From assembly GCA_035353995.1 (NCBI GenBank), contig DAOQAL010000001.1:145464-209463 (forward strand): DNA of 64,000 bases, in the 5' to 3' direction. This stretch comes from Minisyncoccota bacterium (GTDB taxonomy: Bacteria; Patescibacteriota; Minisyncoccia; Phycocordibacterales; UBA9973). This document shows positions 8,112 through 17,368 of the stretch, piece by piece; the first letter of the stretch is position 1; every line of letters starts with the position of its first letter. The translations under genes and the position numbers were made by a program. The notes beneath the pieces were generated by a model. That model was given only the letters and a program-made list of their open reading frames with translations. It was not told the origin of the DNA and did no database searches.

Positions 8112-10673
8112 ATGGACACTTTAAATTTTTTAAAAATTAAGTGGCACAAGATTACTTCTATCGTTTTATTGATTCTGCTTTTTGGTGCTTATGTAAATAT
8201 TTTTGCGATAGATCAAACTTATGATCCTGGTGAAACATTGGATCCAGAATGTGTGCCTGGTGAAGTAAATTGCACAGTAGAAATTCCTGTTTCACAATGG
8301 ACGACAAATGGAAGCAATATTTATTACGACTTAGGTAATGTTGGAATTGGAACAACTTTACCAAATCAACAATTAGAAATTACTCAAAACTTTAGACTTC
8401 CTTCTACAACTTACAATAGTGGAAATCCTTATGGAATAATTTACAAAGGAACAAATCCATTCATCCATGATTTCAATTATGGAAACAACGGTACTGTAAC
8501 GACAAGAGGACGCAATTTATTTATTGGTGAGAGTGCTGGTAACTTTACAATGGGGTCAACGGCAAATTACAGTAATAATTCTTCCAATAATATTGGAATA
8601 GGATTTCGCTCTTTGTATTCTAATACCACAGGATCTGAGAACTCTGCAGTAGGAAATTCTGCTCTTTATTTAAATACCACAGGAAGCGGTAACTCTGCAG
8701 TAGGAAATTCTGCTCTTTATTTTAATACAACAGGATCCACTAATTCTGCAATAGGAGATTATACTCTTTATTTAAATACCACAGGAAGCGGTAACTCTGC
8801 ATTAGGATCTGCTGCTCTTTATAGTAATACTGAAGGAAATTTTAACTCTGCAGTAGGATCTTTTGCTCTCTCTCGTAATACTATAGGAATTTATAACTCT
8901 GCAATTGGAAATAGAGCTGGTAGTTCTGTTGGTAATGGAGATAATCCAGGTATTGCCAGTAGTTACGGTGTATACATCGGTGCGTATGCCAAAGCTTTTG
9001 CCGATGGTGGTCAAAATGAAATTGTAATTGGTTATGATGCTACAGGTAACGGAAGTAATACAGCAACAATTGGAAACAGTTCTATATTAAGAACATATTT
9101 AAGAGGAGTAAATTTAGCAGGAGGTACAGCAACAGCAGGAACTGCTCCACTTAAATTTGTATCAGGAACATTACTTACAACTCCCGAGGCAGGCGCGATG
9201 GAATTTAATGGAACTAATTTATTTTTTACTCCTTCTTCTTCAAGAAAAAAAATTTCTTTTATAGAAGATCTTCCAATTACAATAGTTAATTCTTCAAGTC
9301 TTTTTTCAACAGGATTGTCTGGAACTGGTAGTGGAACAACAGCAGGGTATTCTATTTTTTTGGGAGTTGACGCAGGAGGTAGTGCTACTGGTGCAACATA
9401 CTCTAATTTTCTAGGTAATGGTGCTGGACTTAATGCAACTTCAGCAACAGCTTCAAATTTTTTCGGTTATTATGCTGGAGAAACAGCCACAGCAGCTAAT
9501 CATTCTAATTTCTTTGGCACTGAAGCTGGATACAGAGCTACTGGTGCACATTACTCAAATTTCTTTGGTAGTTATGCTGGCGAGTTCGCAGTAAATGCTA
9601 TTGAATCAAATTTTTTCGGTACTTCTGCTGGAGATTCTGCAGAAAATGCATCTCATTCAAATTTTATAGGCGATAATGCTGGAAATTATGCTTTAAATTC
9701 ATCACATTCAAACTTTTTTGGTACAGCTGCTGGTTACGCTGCTGAGAATGCATCAAATTCAATTTTTATAGGGTATAAGGCTGGAGAAAATGATACTGTC
9801 AACAATACTACAAATGCTAGTTATTATTCTATTCTTATAGGTCCAAGTACTAGCACTGATGGAAATGAAAATAGTATTGCATTGGGTGGTAGCGCAAAAA
9901 ATACAGCATCAAATCAATTTGTTATTGGTTCTGCTACAAGTCCGATAGATACAACTGTTATATATGGATCTGGCGGTACAATATGTACTATTACAACTGG
10001 AACGGGAATTGGTTGTTCTTCAGATGAGAATTTAAAAACAAATATTGTTGATTTAGATACGAACACTTTGGAAAAATTAACACAAGTAAGAACTGTAACT
10101 TTTAATTGGAAAAATCGAAATACTACTTCAAATAATATTGGATTTATTGCACAAGATTTAGAAAAATATTTTCCAGAATTAGTAAATACAGATCCAACTG
10201 GTTATAAATCAGTTTATTATGCAAACATAACTCCTATTTTAACTGAAGCTATAAGAGAACTTGATTTAAAAGTAAAAGAATTTTCTTCTATTGATGTTTC
10301 TAATGAAAATTCTTTTGCATCTTTAATTAAAAAATATTTGGCTGATGTTGCAAATGGTATTGAAATAGTTTTCTTTGGAGAAGTTCATACAAAACAATTG
10401 TGTATTGATGATGTTTGTATAAATAAAGATCAACTACAACAATTATTAGATAGTTCTAATATTACTAATACAATTACAAGCACTGTTACAGATACAGATA
10501 CAACAGAAAATACAAATTTGGAAAATGCTGACGATGCGGATAGTGATGAACCTGTAATAGATTCAGATATAGATTCTGAAAATATAGAAGAACAAGTAGT
10601 AGAAGAACAACAAAATAATGTAATTGAAGATGTAAATCCAAGTTTAGGTGCTGAACCAGTAGTAGAAGAATAG
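8112..10673 (+). CDS. Large secreted tail-fibre-like protein: Gly/Asn/Ser-rich beta-helical repeats plus intramolecular-chaperone (peptidase S74-like) domain and acidic C-terminal tail
   Basis: N-terminal TM/signal. Repeated NSAxGNSALYxNTTGS units. Motif SSDENLKTNI...TFNWKN...IGFIAQDLEKYFPELV typical of phage tail-fibre / endosialidase C-terminal chaperone domains. D/E-rich tail. Confidence 0.6.
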   Translation: MDTLNFLKIKWHKITSIVLLILLFGAYVNIFAIDQTYDPGETLDPECVPGEVNCTVEIPVSQWTTNGSNIYYDLGNVGIGTTLPNQQLEITQNFRLPSTTYNSGNPYGIIYKGTNPFIHDFNYGNNGTVTTRGRNLFIGESAGNFTMGSTANYSNNSSNNIGIGFRSLYSNTTGSENSAVGNSALYLNTTGSGNSAVGNSALYFNTTGSTNSAIGDYTLYLNTTGSGNSALGSAALYSNTEGNFNSAVGSFALSRNTIGIYNSAIGNRAGSSVGNGDNPGIASSYGVYIGAYAKAFADGGQNEIVIGYDATGNGSNTATIGNSSILRTYLRGVNLAGGTATAGTAPLKFVSGTLLTTPEAGAMEFNGTNLFFTPSSSRKKISFIEDLPITIVNSSSLFSTGLSGTGSGTTAGYSIFLGVDAGGSATGATYSNFLGNGAGLNATSATASNFFGYYAGETATAANHSNFFGTEAGYRATGAHYSNFFGSYAGEFAVNAIESNFFGTSAGDSAENASHSNFIGDNAGNYALNSSHSNFFGTAAGYAAENASNSIFIGYKAGENDTVNNTTNASYYSILIGPSTSTDGNENSIALGGSAKNTASNQFVIGSATSPIDTTVIYGSGGTICTITTGTGIGCSSDENLKTNIVDLDTNTLEKLTQVRTVTFNWKNRNTTSNNIGFIAQDLEKYFPELVNTDPTGYKSVYYANITPILTEAIRELDLKVKEFSSIDVSNENSFASLIKKYLADVANGIEIVFFGEVHTKQLCIDDVCINKDQLQQLLDSSNITNTITSTVTDTDTTENTNLENADDADSDEPVIDSDIDSENIEEQVVEEQQNNVIEDVNPSLGAEPVVEE
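8621..8880 (+). repeat. Tandem ~60-bp coding repeats inside tail-fibre-like gene
   Basis: Near-identical nucleotide units (...aactctgcagtaggaaattctgctctttatttaaataccacaggaagcggt...) repeated about 4 times. Confidence 0.6.
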
Positions 10674-10699
10674 TAAATTAATTTTTAGTATATATTGAA

Positions 10700-12451
10700 A
10701 TGACTAAAACTTTCAAAAAGTTTTTAAAATATATTTTTGTTTTTATATTTTTTAGTATTCCTTTTACATTTCTTTTTGCTTCCGAGACAGATGGGACAAT
10801 AAATTCTATAAACCATAGTGCACTTCTTTGTGAAAATTATACATGCACTACAACTACACAAATTAATTTTTTGACTAGTCGTGGTCAAGCAGTACAGGTA
10901 ACTGATACAAAACTAACTGGTCATATTTGGTCTGAAAAAACAGGATGGATTAATTTAAACTCATCTAATGGTGGAGTTACAAATACAGAAGATGGAACTC
11001 TTGGTGGTTATGCTTGGGGAGAAAATACGGGATGGATAAATTTTAATCCAACAAATGGTGGTGTAACTATAAATAATTCTGGCAAATTTGTTGGGTGGGC
11101 TTGGGCACAAAATTACGGGTGGATTAAGTTTAATTGTAGCGTTGCAAATGCTTGTGTAGAAACAGATTGGCGCCCCATTGGTGCTCGTGATGGTGGTAGT
11201 AGTGGTAGTACAGGAGGTGGCACAACTGGAGGAGAAGGAGAAACACCAACTCCAACACCAAATCCTACGCCAATACCAGAAGAACCAGTAGAAATACCAA
11301 TTAACCCTTTACCTGTAGAATTACCTGTAGAGCCAGAAAATGTTCCAATTCAAATAGATGAGGAGACTAATGATGTTGAAACTGAATCAAATAATACACA
11401 AATACAAAATATTTTAGATGAAGGTGCTAATTTTTTAGATGACATTTTTCTAATTTTACAAACAGCAATAAATACAATATTTAATATATTTAGTACACCA
11501 ATAGGAAGTATTGTTTCAAAAACACTAGCTACTATCGGTGTTGTAACTGGATTTTACTTTAGTCTTATATCAATGTTCACAAACCCACTTTCATTTTCTG
11601 AATTAATATTAATACCTATGCGATTGTGGAGTTTATTGTTGGTTGCTTTTGGTGTTAAGAAACGCAATCGTCCTTGGGGAACAGTCTACGATAGTGTTAC
11701 AAAACAACCCCTTGATCCTGCATATGTTGTTCTTCAAGATTTAAATGGAAATGAAATTGCTACATCCATTACAGACTTGGATGGTCGTTATGGTTTTCTT
11801 GTTCCTGCTGGCCAATATAGAATTGTTGCCAATAAAACAAATTATGAATTTCCTTCAAAAAAAATGGCTGGTAAATCAAGTGATGAATTATATCAAGAAT
11901 TATATTTCAATGAAGTTATAAATGTTAATGAAGATGGGGAAGTTATTTCAAAAAATATACCAATGGATCCGATTAAGTTTGATTGGAATGAATTTGCTAA
12001 AAGAGATCAAAATGTTATGAGATTTTTTTCAAAGCGAGAAATTTGGATTGCTCGTGCTTCAAATACTTTATTTATTTTAGGTTTTTTGTTTTCTATAATT
12101 GCTACGATAATTTCTCCTAATGTATACAACATAATAATTATTTGTACTTATGCATTGTTATTCATACTGAAGAAAACAATTTTGAAGCATAAAGTGCTTG
12201 GCTGGATAAGACAAAAGGAAACAAAAAATCCACTTTCGTTTGCAATAATGAGAGTATTTTTTGCTGATAGTGGAAATGAAGTTATACATAAAGTTACTGA
12301 TAAAACAGGAAAATATTACTGTCTAATACCAAATGGAAGGTATTACGCCAAGATAGAAAATAAAAATCTTGATGAAAGATATAGTCTTGTTTATACTTCA
12401 GAACCTATAGAGGTCAAAAAAGGTTATATAAATAAAAAATTTGAAGTTTAA
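10700..12451 (+). CDS. Secreted/membrane protein with three W-rich GWINFN-type repeats, Pro/Thr-rich linker, TM helices and two carboxypeptidase-regulatory-like beta-sandwich domains
   Basis: Signal peptide. Repeats TGWINLNSSNGGVT / TGWINFNPTNGGVT / YGWIKFNCS. Linker TPTPTPNPTPIPEEPVEIP. CarbopepD_reg-like segments (DLDGRYGF..AGQYRI; TDKTGKYYCLIPNGRYYAKI). Confidence 0.5.
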   Translation: MTKTFKKFLKYIFVFIFFSIPFTFLFASETDGTINSINHSALLCENYTCTTTTQINFLTSRGQAVQVTDTKLTGHIWSEKTGWINLNSSNGGVTNTEDGTLGGYAWGENTGWINFNPTNGGVTINNSGKFVGWAWAQNYGWIKFNCSVANACVETDWRPIGARDGGSSGSTGGGTTGGEGETPTPTPNPTPIPEEPVEIPINPLPVELPVEPENVPIQIDEETNDVETESNNTQIQNILDEGANFLDDIFLILQTAINTIFNIFSTPIGSIVSKTLATIGVVTGFYFSLISMFTNPLSFSELILIPMRLWSLLLVAFGVKKRNRPWGTVYDSVTKQPLDPAYVVLQDLNGNEIATSITDLDGRYGFLVPAGQYRIVANKTNYEFPSKKMAGKSSDELYQELYFNEVINVNEDGEVISKNIPMDPIKFDWNEFAKRDQNVMRFFSKREIWIARASNTLFILGFLFSIIATIISPNVYNIIIICTYALLFILKKTILKHKVLGWIRQKETKNPLSFAIMRVFFADSGNEVIHKVTDKTGKYYCLIPNGRYYAKIENKNLDERYSLVYTSEPIEVKKGYINKKFEV

Positions 12452-12537
12452 GTTATATCCTCAAAATATTTGCTTTTTTGTTAAGGTTATAGTAAAGTAG
12501 TTTTTACTAGTCCTTGTGACTATTTTTGTTTTTAATT

Positions 12538-12960
12538 ATGCCTACAATAAATCAATTAGTAAAAAATAAAAGAAGAAAAGTTGTCCGAAAGTCAAAAACT
12601 GTCGCTTTAGCACGTGGTTTTAATGTGTTAAAGAATAGACCAGTGTATTATCCTGCTCCATTCAAGAGGGGAGTTTGTACAAAAGTAACTACAACTACAC
12701 CTAAGAAACCAAACTCAGCTCTACGAAAAATTGCAAGAGTAAGGTTAACAAATGGAATGGAAGTAACTGCTTATATACCAGGAGAAGGACATAATTTACA
12801 AGAACACTCAGTTGTAATGCTTCGTGGTGGACGTGTGAAAGACTTGATTGGAGTAAGATATCACATTGTTCGTGGTGTACTCGATACACAAGGGGTTGAA
12901 AAACGAAGACAAGGAAGATCATTGTATGGTAATAAACGACCAAAAGAAAGCAAAAAATAA
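12538..12960 (+). CDS. rpsL: 30S ribosomal protein S12
   Basis: [14 protein letters not shown]...[10 protein letters not shown]. Confidence 0.9.
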   Translation: MPTINQLVKNKRRKVVRKSKTVALARGFNVLKNRPVYYPAPFKRGVCTKVTTTTPKKPNSALRKIARVRLTNGMEVTAYIPGEGHNLQEHSVVMLRGGRVKDLIGVRYHIVRGVLDTQGVEKRRQGRSLYGNKRPKESKK

Positions 12961-12971
12961 TTTAAAATAAT

Positions 12972-13442
12972 ATGAGACGAAAAGTAAAAAACAGAAATAT
13001 AGTAGAGCCAGACTTTTTATACAATTCCCAAAAATTGGAGAAGTTTATTAATTACATTATGTGGTCTGGGAAAAAAGAAACTGCACGAAAAGTAATGTAT
13101 GAAGCATTTGAACTTATAAAAGAAAAAACAGGAAATCCAAACCCTCTTGAGGTTTTTGACTTAGCATTAAAGAATGCAGGGCCATTAACTGAAGTTAGAT
13201 CAAAAAGAATTGGAGGTGCAAACTATCAGGTTCCTCGTGAGGTTCGTCCAGAAAGAAGACTTGCTCTTGCTATGAGATGGATAAGAGATGCAGCTCGCTC
13301 AAAAAAAGGACAGCCTATGCATATAAAACTTGCTGATGAACTTATCGCAGCTTCAAAAAACGAAGGTGCTGCTATTAAGAAAAAAGAAGATACACACAAA
13401 ATGGCAGAAGCCAACAAAGCCTTTGCTCACTTTGCTTGGTAA
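12972..13442 (+). CDS. rpsG: 30S ribosomal protein S7
   Basis: S7 signature, 156 aa, directly after rpsL. Confidence 0.9.
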   Translation: MRRKVKNRNIVEPDFLYNSQKLEKFINYIMWSGKKETARKVMYEAFELIKEKTGNPNPLEVFDLALKNAGPLTEVRSKRIGGANYQVPREVRPERRLALAMRWIRDAARSKKGQPMHIKLADELIAASKNEGAAIKKKEDTHKMAEANKAFAHFAW

Positions 13443-13504
13443 TTTTTTACTTTGTAAAAAATTATTCTGAGCGTAGTTGAAGGATATATTAAAATATTTA
13501 AAAC

Positions 13505-13536
13505 AAAAACTCCCCATTGGGGAGTTTTTGTCATTT
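13505..13536. terminator. Bidirectional intrinsic terminator after rpsG
   Basis: AAAAACTCCCC-att-GGGGAGTTTTT flanked by A and T runs; also abuts the stop of the minus-strand ORF 13537..13881. Confidence 0.7.
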
Positions 13537-13881
13537 TTAGTTCATATTAGAGAATTGTTTGCCTTCTTTTATTTTTGTTGGATATCCTATTGTTTTTCCA
13601 TTGTTAATAAAATCTTTTCGTACTGTAATCTCTTTTCTCGCTAATAACTCTCCTTCAACTCGAGTATGTAATTCTGGATTTTTATCTGTGCTAAAACTTT
13701 TTAAAGCAGACTTTAATTCTTCTGTGCTTATTTTAGATAAATCACCATAAAGGTATTTATCTTTTTTATTTTCATTCAAATCTTGTTGTCTTTCAAATTT
13801 TTCCATATATTTTATAGTGTTACTACTAATAGCGAGATTATAGTCTTGTGTTAACAAAAAAGCAAAAATATTTGTACACAT
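13537..13881 (-). CDS. Hypothetical small protein (114 aa; start uncertain, alt. Met at 13806)
   Basis: ORF only; no recognisable domain; divergent from Cas2-like ORF. Confidence 0.35.
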   Translation of the reverse strand: MCTNIFAFLLTQDYNLAISSNTIKYMEKFERQQDLNENKKDKYLYGDLSKISTEELKSALKSFSTDKNPELHTRVEGELLARKEITVRKDFINNGKTIGYPTKIKEGKQFSNMN

Positions 13882-13908
13882 ATCAGCTATCGCGTATATA
13901 TGTAAATA
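13879..13908. promoter_or_regulatory. Imperfect palindrome CACATATCAGCTATCGCGTATATATG plus first copy of 16-bp direct repeat GCGTATATATGTAAAT, in divergent intergenic region
   Basis: Read directly; right half-site identical to the perfect palindrome at 14311..14336. Confidence 0.4.
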
Positions 13909-13923
13909 TATTATAATTTAAAT

Positions 13924-14292
13924 ATGTCTCCTTATTATAAGGGAATGAAAGTAAATTTACTTGGTTTTCCGGTTAGCAATTCTAATAAAAGCGACCGTGT
14001 AAAAAAGAATGGAAGAAAGAGAAAATTTTATCATCTTTCTTTTTCGTCTCCTTTTCCAGAAAATGCACCGAAGAATTTGCTTTTAGTCTATGATATTCCA
14101 GAACTAATGAAAAAAGAGCGAGATTGGTTTCGCCGACAACTTATTAGTTTTGGTTTTGTGATGATTCAGAAAAGTGTCTGGGTAGGGCCATCACCTTTGC
14201 CGAAAGAATTTCTTAATTATTTGAAATTGATAAAAAAAGGGGACAACTTTAAGACTTTTAAATTAGCGAAAGGGTACGAAACTAAAAAATAA
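13924..14292 (+). CDS. Small protein with Cas2/VapD-like motif pattern and ~50-aa basic N-terminal extension
   Basis: Segment LLLVYDIPELMKKERDWFRRQLISFGFVMIQKSVWVG...FKTFKL parallels Cas2 beta1 (LVxYD[IV]) -helix- (GxRxQxSV[FW]) - C-terminal strand pattern; assignment is by motif only. Confidence 0.4.
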   Translation: MSPYYKGMKVNLLGFPVSNSNKSDRVKKNGRKRKFYHLSFSSPFPENAPKNLLLVYDIPELMKKERDWFRRQLISFGFVMIQKSVWVGPSPLPKEFLNYLKLIKKGDNFKTFKLAKGYETKK

Positions 14293-14310
14293 AGCATAGG
14301 AACCCAAATA

Positions 14311-14340
14311 CATATATACGCTATAGCGTATATATGTAAA
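14311..14340. promoter_or_regulatory. Perfect 26-bp palindrome CATATATACGCTATAGCGTATATATG plus second copy of GCGTATATATGTAAAT
   Basis: Reverse complement identical over 26 bp; lies between Cas2-like ORF stop and fusA promoter. Confidence 0.45.
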
Positions 14341-14367
14341 TTGGAGTATGCATAAACCATTTTTTAT

Positions 14368-14396
14368 TTGCAAAAAAGCTACATATGTTATATATT
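14368..14396 (+). promoter_or_regulatory. Candidate sigma70-type promoter for fusA (TTGCAA-17-TATATT)
   Basis: Good -35/-10 spacing; followed at the predicted 5' end by hairpin AAGCGC-aatc-GCGCTT plus T5 (14402..14421). Confidence 0.4.
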
Positions 14397-14445
14397 ACGG
14401 GAAGCGCAATCGCGCTTTTTAATATTAAATTATAAAAGATTATTT

Positions 14446-16599
14446 ATGGAAAGAGATTATCCACTAGAAAAAGTTAGAAATATTGGAATTATTGCGCACA
14501 TTGACGCTGGTAAAACTACTACCAGTGAACGTATTTTGTATTACACAGGAATGTCTCACAAAATTGGAGAAGTTCATGACGGGGAAGCTACAACTGACTG
14601 GATGGAACAAGAAAGAGAGCGTGGTATTACTATTACTTCAGCAGCTATAACTTGTTTCTGGACTCCAACATATACTCTTCCAACGGACAAAGCAAAGAAA
14701 CATCGTTTCAATATTATTGACACACCAGGGCACATTGATTTTACAGTGGAAGTAAAAAGATCTCTTCGCGTACTTGATGGTGCTGTTGTTGTTTTTGATG
14801 GAGTTGCAGGAGTAGAACCACAATCAGAAACAAACTGGAGATATGCTGACGAAGCTAAAGTTCCTCGTATTTGTTTTGTTAATAAATTGGATAGAACTGG
14901 AGCATCATTTGAACATTCATTTGCAACTATTCTTGATCGTCTTACAAAAAAGGCTGTTAGAATGCAAATTCCTATCGGTTTGGAAGACAAACACGAGGGA
15001 GTTGTTGATTTGTTAAAAATGAAAGCTTATTACTTTGAAGGAGAAATGGGTAATAAAGTAATAGAAAAAGAAATTCCAGAGGAATTAAAAGCTGATGCAG
15101 AAAAATACCATAACGAACTCATTGAAAAAATAGTTGAACAAGACGAAAAAGCAATGAGTGATTATTTTGAAGGAAAAATTCCAGATATTGATACTTTGAA
15201 AAAATTATTAAGAAAAGGAGTTATTGCTAATGAAGTTTTCCCAGTATTTACTGGTTCTGCTTTAAAAAATAAAGGAGTACAGCTTGTTTTGGATGGTGTA
15301 GTAGATTATTTGCCATCACCACTTGATATTCCTCCAGTAACAGGAACAGATCCAAATAACGATGATGAACCAATTATAAGAAAAGCCTCTGACGAAGAAC
15401 CATTTTCTGCTCTTGCATTTAAAGTTGCTACAGATCCATTTGTTGGTCAATTAATTTTCTTTAGAGTTTATTCTGGATCATTAAATTCTGGTTCTTATAT
15501 TTATAATCCTCGTACTCGAAATAAAGAAAGAATAGGAAGAATTTTACGAATGCATGCAAACGATAGAGAAGAAGTTAAAAAAGTTTTTGCTGGAGAAATT
15601 GCTGCAGCGGTTGGTTTGAAAGATACAATTACTTCAGATACTTTATGTGATGAAGAAAAACCAATTGAATTGGATAGAATTTCTTTCCCAGAGCCAGTTA
15701 TTCAATTACGTATTGAACCAAAGACAAAAGCTGATCAAGAAAAAATGGGTATGGCACTTAACCGTCTTGCACAAGAAGATCCAACATTTAAAGTTTCAAC
15801 AGATCAAGAAACAGGTGAGACAATTATAGCTGGAATGGGAGAATTGCATTTGGAAATTATTGTTGATCGTATGAAAAGAGAATTTACAGTTGAAGCAAAT
15901 GTTGGTAAACCACAGGTAGCTTATAGGGAAACAATTACAGGAGATTCTGAAGCAGAAGGAAAATATATTAAGCAATCAGGTGGACGTGGAAACTATGGAC
16001 ACGTAAAGATAAAGATAAAGCCAATGAAAATTCTTACTAAAGAAGAGATTGAAGATTTACCTAAAAATACAAAAAGATCTGAAGGCTTTGAATTCATTAA
16101 TACTATTAAAGGTGGAGTTATTCCTCAAGAATATATTGCTCCTTGTGAAAAAGGATTTAAAGAAGGTTTGGATAGAGGTGTACTTGCAGGATTTAAGATT
16201 GTAAATGTTTCAGTAGAATTATGGGATGGTTCTTATCACGAGGTTGACTCAAACGAAATGGCCTTTAAGATTGCAGCATCAATGGCAATACAAGATGCTT
16301 GTAAGAGAGCTAAACCTGTAATATTGGAACCTATGATGAAAGTTGAAGTTGTAACACCAGAAAAATTTATGGGAGATGTGACAGGAAATCTTTCTTCAAA
16401 GAGAGGAATCATTGAAGGAATGGAAGACAGAGGAATGAATAAAGTTCTTCGAGCAATTGTTCCATTGTCAGAAATGTTTGGATATATGACTGGTCTTCGT
16501 TCTATGACTGAAGGTAGAGCATCATTTACAATGGAATTCATACGTTACGATATTGTTCCACAAAATGTTGCTGATACAATCATCGCTTCAAGAAAATAA
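14446..16599 (+). CDS. fusA: Elongation factor G
   Basis: [26 protein letters not shown] and full-length EF-G domains; start at MERDYPLEK. Confidence 0.95.
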   Translation: MERDYPLEKVRNIGIIAHIDAGKTTTSERILYYTGMSHKIGEVHDGEATTDWMEQERERGITITSAAITCFWTPTYTLPTDKAKKHRFNIIDTPGHIDFTVEVKRSLRVLDGAVVVFDGVAGVEPQSETNWRYADEAKVPRICFVNKLDRTGASFEHSFATILDRLTKKAVRMQIPIGLEDKHEGVVDLLKMKAYYFEGEMGNKVIEKEIPEELKADAEKYHNELIEKIVEQDEKAMSDYFEGKIPDIDTLKKLLRKGVIANEVFPVFTGSALKNKGVQLVLDGVVDYLPSPLDIPPVTGTDPNNDDEPIIRKASDEEPFSALAFKVATDPFVGQLIFFRVYSGSLNSGSYIYNPRTRNKERIGRILRMHANDREEVKKVFAGEIAAAVGLKDTITSDTLCDEEKPIELDRISFPEPVIQLRIEPKTKADQEKMGMALNRLAQEDPTFKVSTDQETGETIIAGMGELHLEIIVDRMKREFTVEANVGKPQVAYRETITGDSEAEGKYIKQSGGRGNYGHVKIKIKPMKILTKEEIEDLPKNTKRSEGFEFINTIKGGVIPQEYIAPCEKGFKEGLDRGVLAGFKIVNVSVELWDGSYHEVDSNEMAFKIAASMAIQDACKRAKPVILEPMMKVEVVTPEKFMGDVTGNLSSKRGIIEGMEDRGMNKVLRAIVPLSEMFGYMTGLRSMTEGRASFTMEFIRYDIVPQNVADTIIASRK

Positions 16600-16610
16600 A
16601 AAAAACACCA

Positions 16611-16640
16611 AAAACACCCCATAATTTGGGGTGTTTTTGT
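16611..16640 (+). terminator. Intrinsic terminator after fusA
   Basis: ACACCCC-ataattt-GGGGTGT followed by T5. Confidence 0.7.
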
Positions 16641-16651
16641 TATATGTTATA

Positions 16652-17275
16652 ATGAAATATATGTTTAGAGAACAACGAGAACCAATTTTAGAAAAAAAAG
16701 AAGTTATAGTCCCTCCCGAAAAACAAAAAATAATTAATGAGCTTGTTAATTTTGGTAAAAAAACTGGGAATGAACTGAAATTTTCAGACTATGGCAAGGA
16801 ATATGCGGACTCTCTTTTACTTAAAGAGGAAGCATTAACTGGTCTGGGTGAAAGGGAAGTAGAAGATTTGGGTATGTATCTTGGAATTCTAAAATCGTAT
16901 GTTTCCGGACCCATTTTTACTGATGGTTTTCACGGAGATCATAATTCACGAAGGGTTTGGGAAAACGAAAATATTCAAAAAGTTTCAACCCTTGAAACAG
17001 AAGCGAAAGATTATTATTTAACCAATAGGTTAAATCAAGGTAGTAGAATACACCCTGTCATGGGATTTTTATCTGAGATTACAGAGATAATAAAAAACCC
17101 AAATATAAAAGAAAAACTATTAAATTTGGAAAAGGAAATTCCAGAGGAATTTACAAGTAAGGAAGATTTGTATAGTACTTTGTCCGATGAGGAAAAAGTA
17201 AAAGTTGTTAATAAATTTTCTGAAGTTTTGAGAAATACTATTAATTTACTTGAAAACAAATTGTCTGAATCCTAA
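16652..17275 (+). CDS. Hypothetical protein (~207 aa)
   Basis: ORF only; start moved to first Met downstream of the fusA terminator hairpin. Confidence 0.35.
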   Translation: MKYMFREQREPILEKKEVIVPPEKQKIINELVNFGKKTGNELKFSDYGKEYADSLLLKEEALTGLGEREVEDLGMYLGILKSYVSGPIFTDGFHGDHNSRRVWENENIQKVSTLETEAKDYYLTNRLNQGSRIHPVMGFLSEITEIIKNPNIKEKLLNLEKEIPEEFTSKEDLYSTLSDEEKVKVVNKFSEVLRNTINLLENKLSES

Positions 17276-17368
17276 TATTGATTTTACAAAAGATAATGTT
17301 ATAGTAAAAACAGGCTGGTTTTTTGACAAAACTGGTTTAGTGGTTATCAAAGAGGATAGCCTTTTTGT

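Noticed and set aside
8158-9014. Short minus-strand ORFs (68 aa and 70 aa) inside the tail-fibre-like gene
   Set aside because: Antisense to a long ORF with clear repeat/domain structure; composition-driven.
12701-12943. 80-aa minus-strand ORF
   Set aside because: Entirely inside rpsL on the opposite strand; rpsL identity is unambiguous.
13879-14340. Possible CRISPR array associated with the Cas2-like ORF
   Set aside because: Only two copies of the 16-bp repeat, ~430 bp apart and not regularly spaced; no leader or other cas genes. The repeats fit operator-like palindromes, not a CRISPR array.
13537-14345. IS200/IS605-type element (palindromic ends, two small genes)
   Set aside because: Neither ORF shows a HUH (HxH) transposase motif or TnpB-like size; kept only as an unspecified insertion.
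14574-14990. 138-aa minus-strand ORF
   Set aside because: Antisense within fusA, which has full-length EF-G homology.
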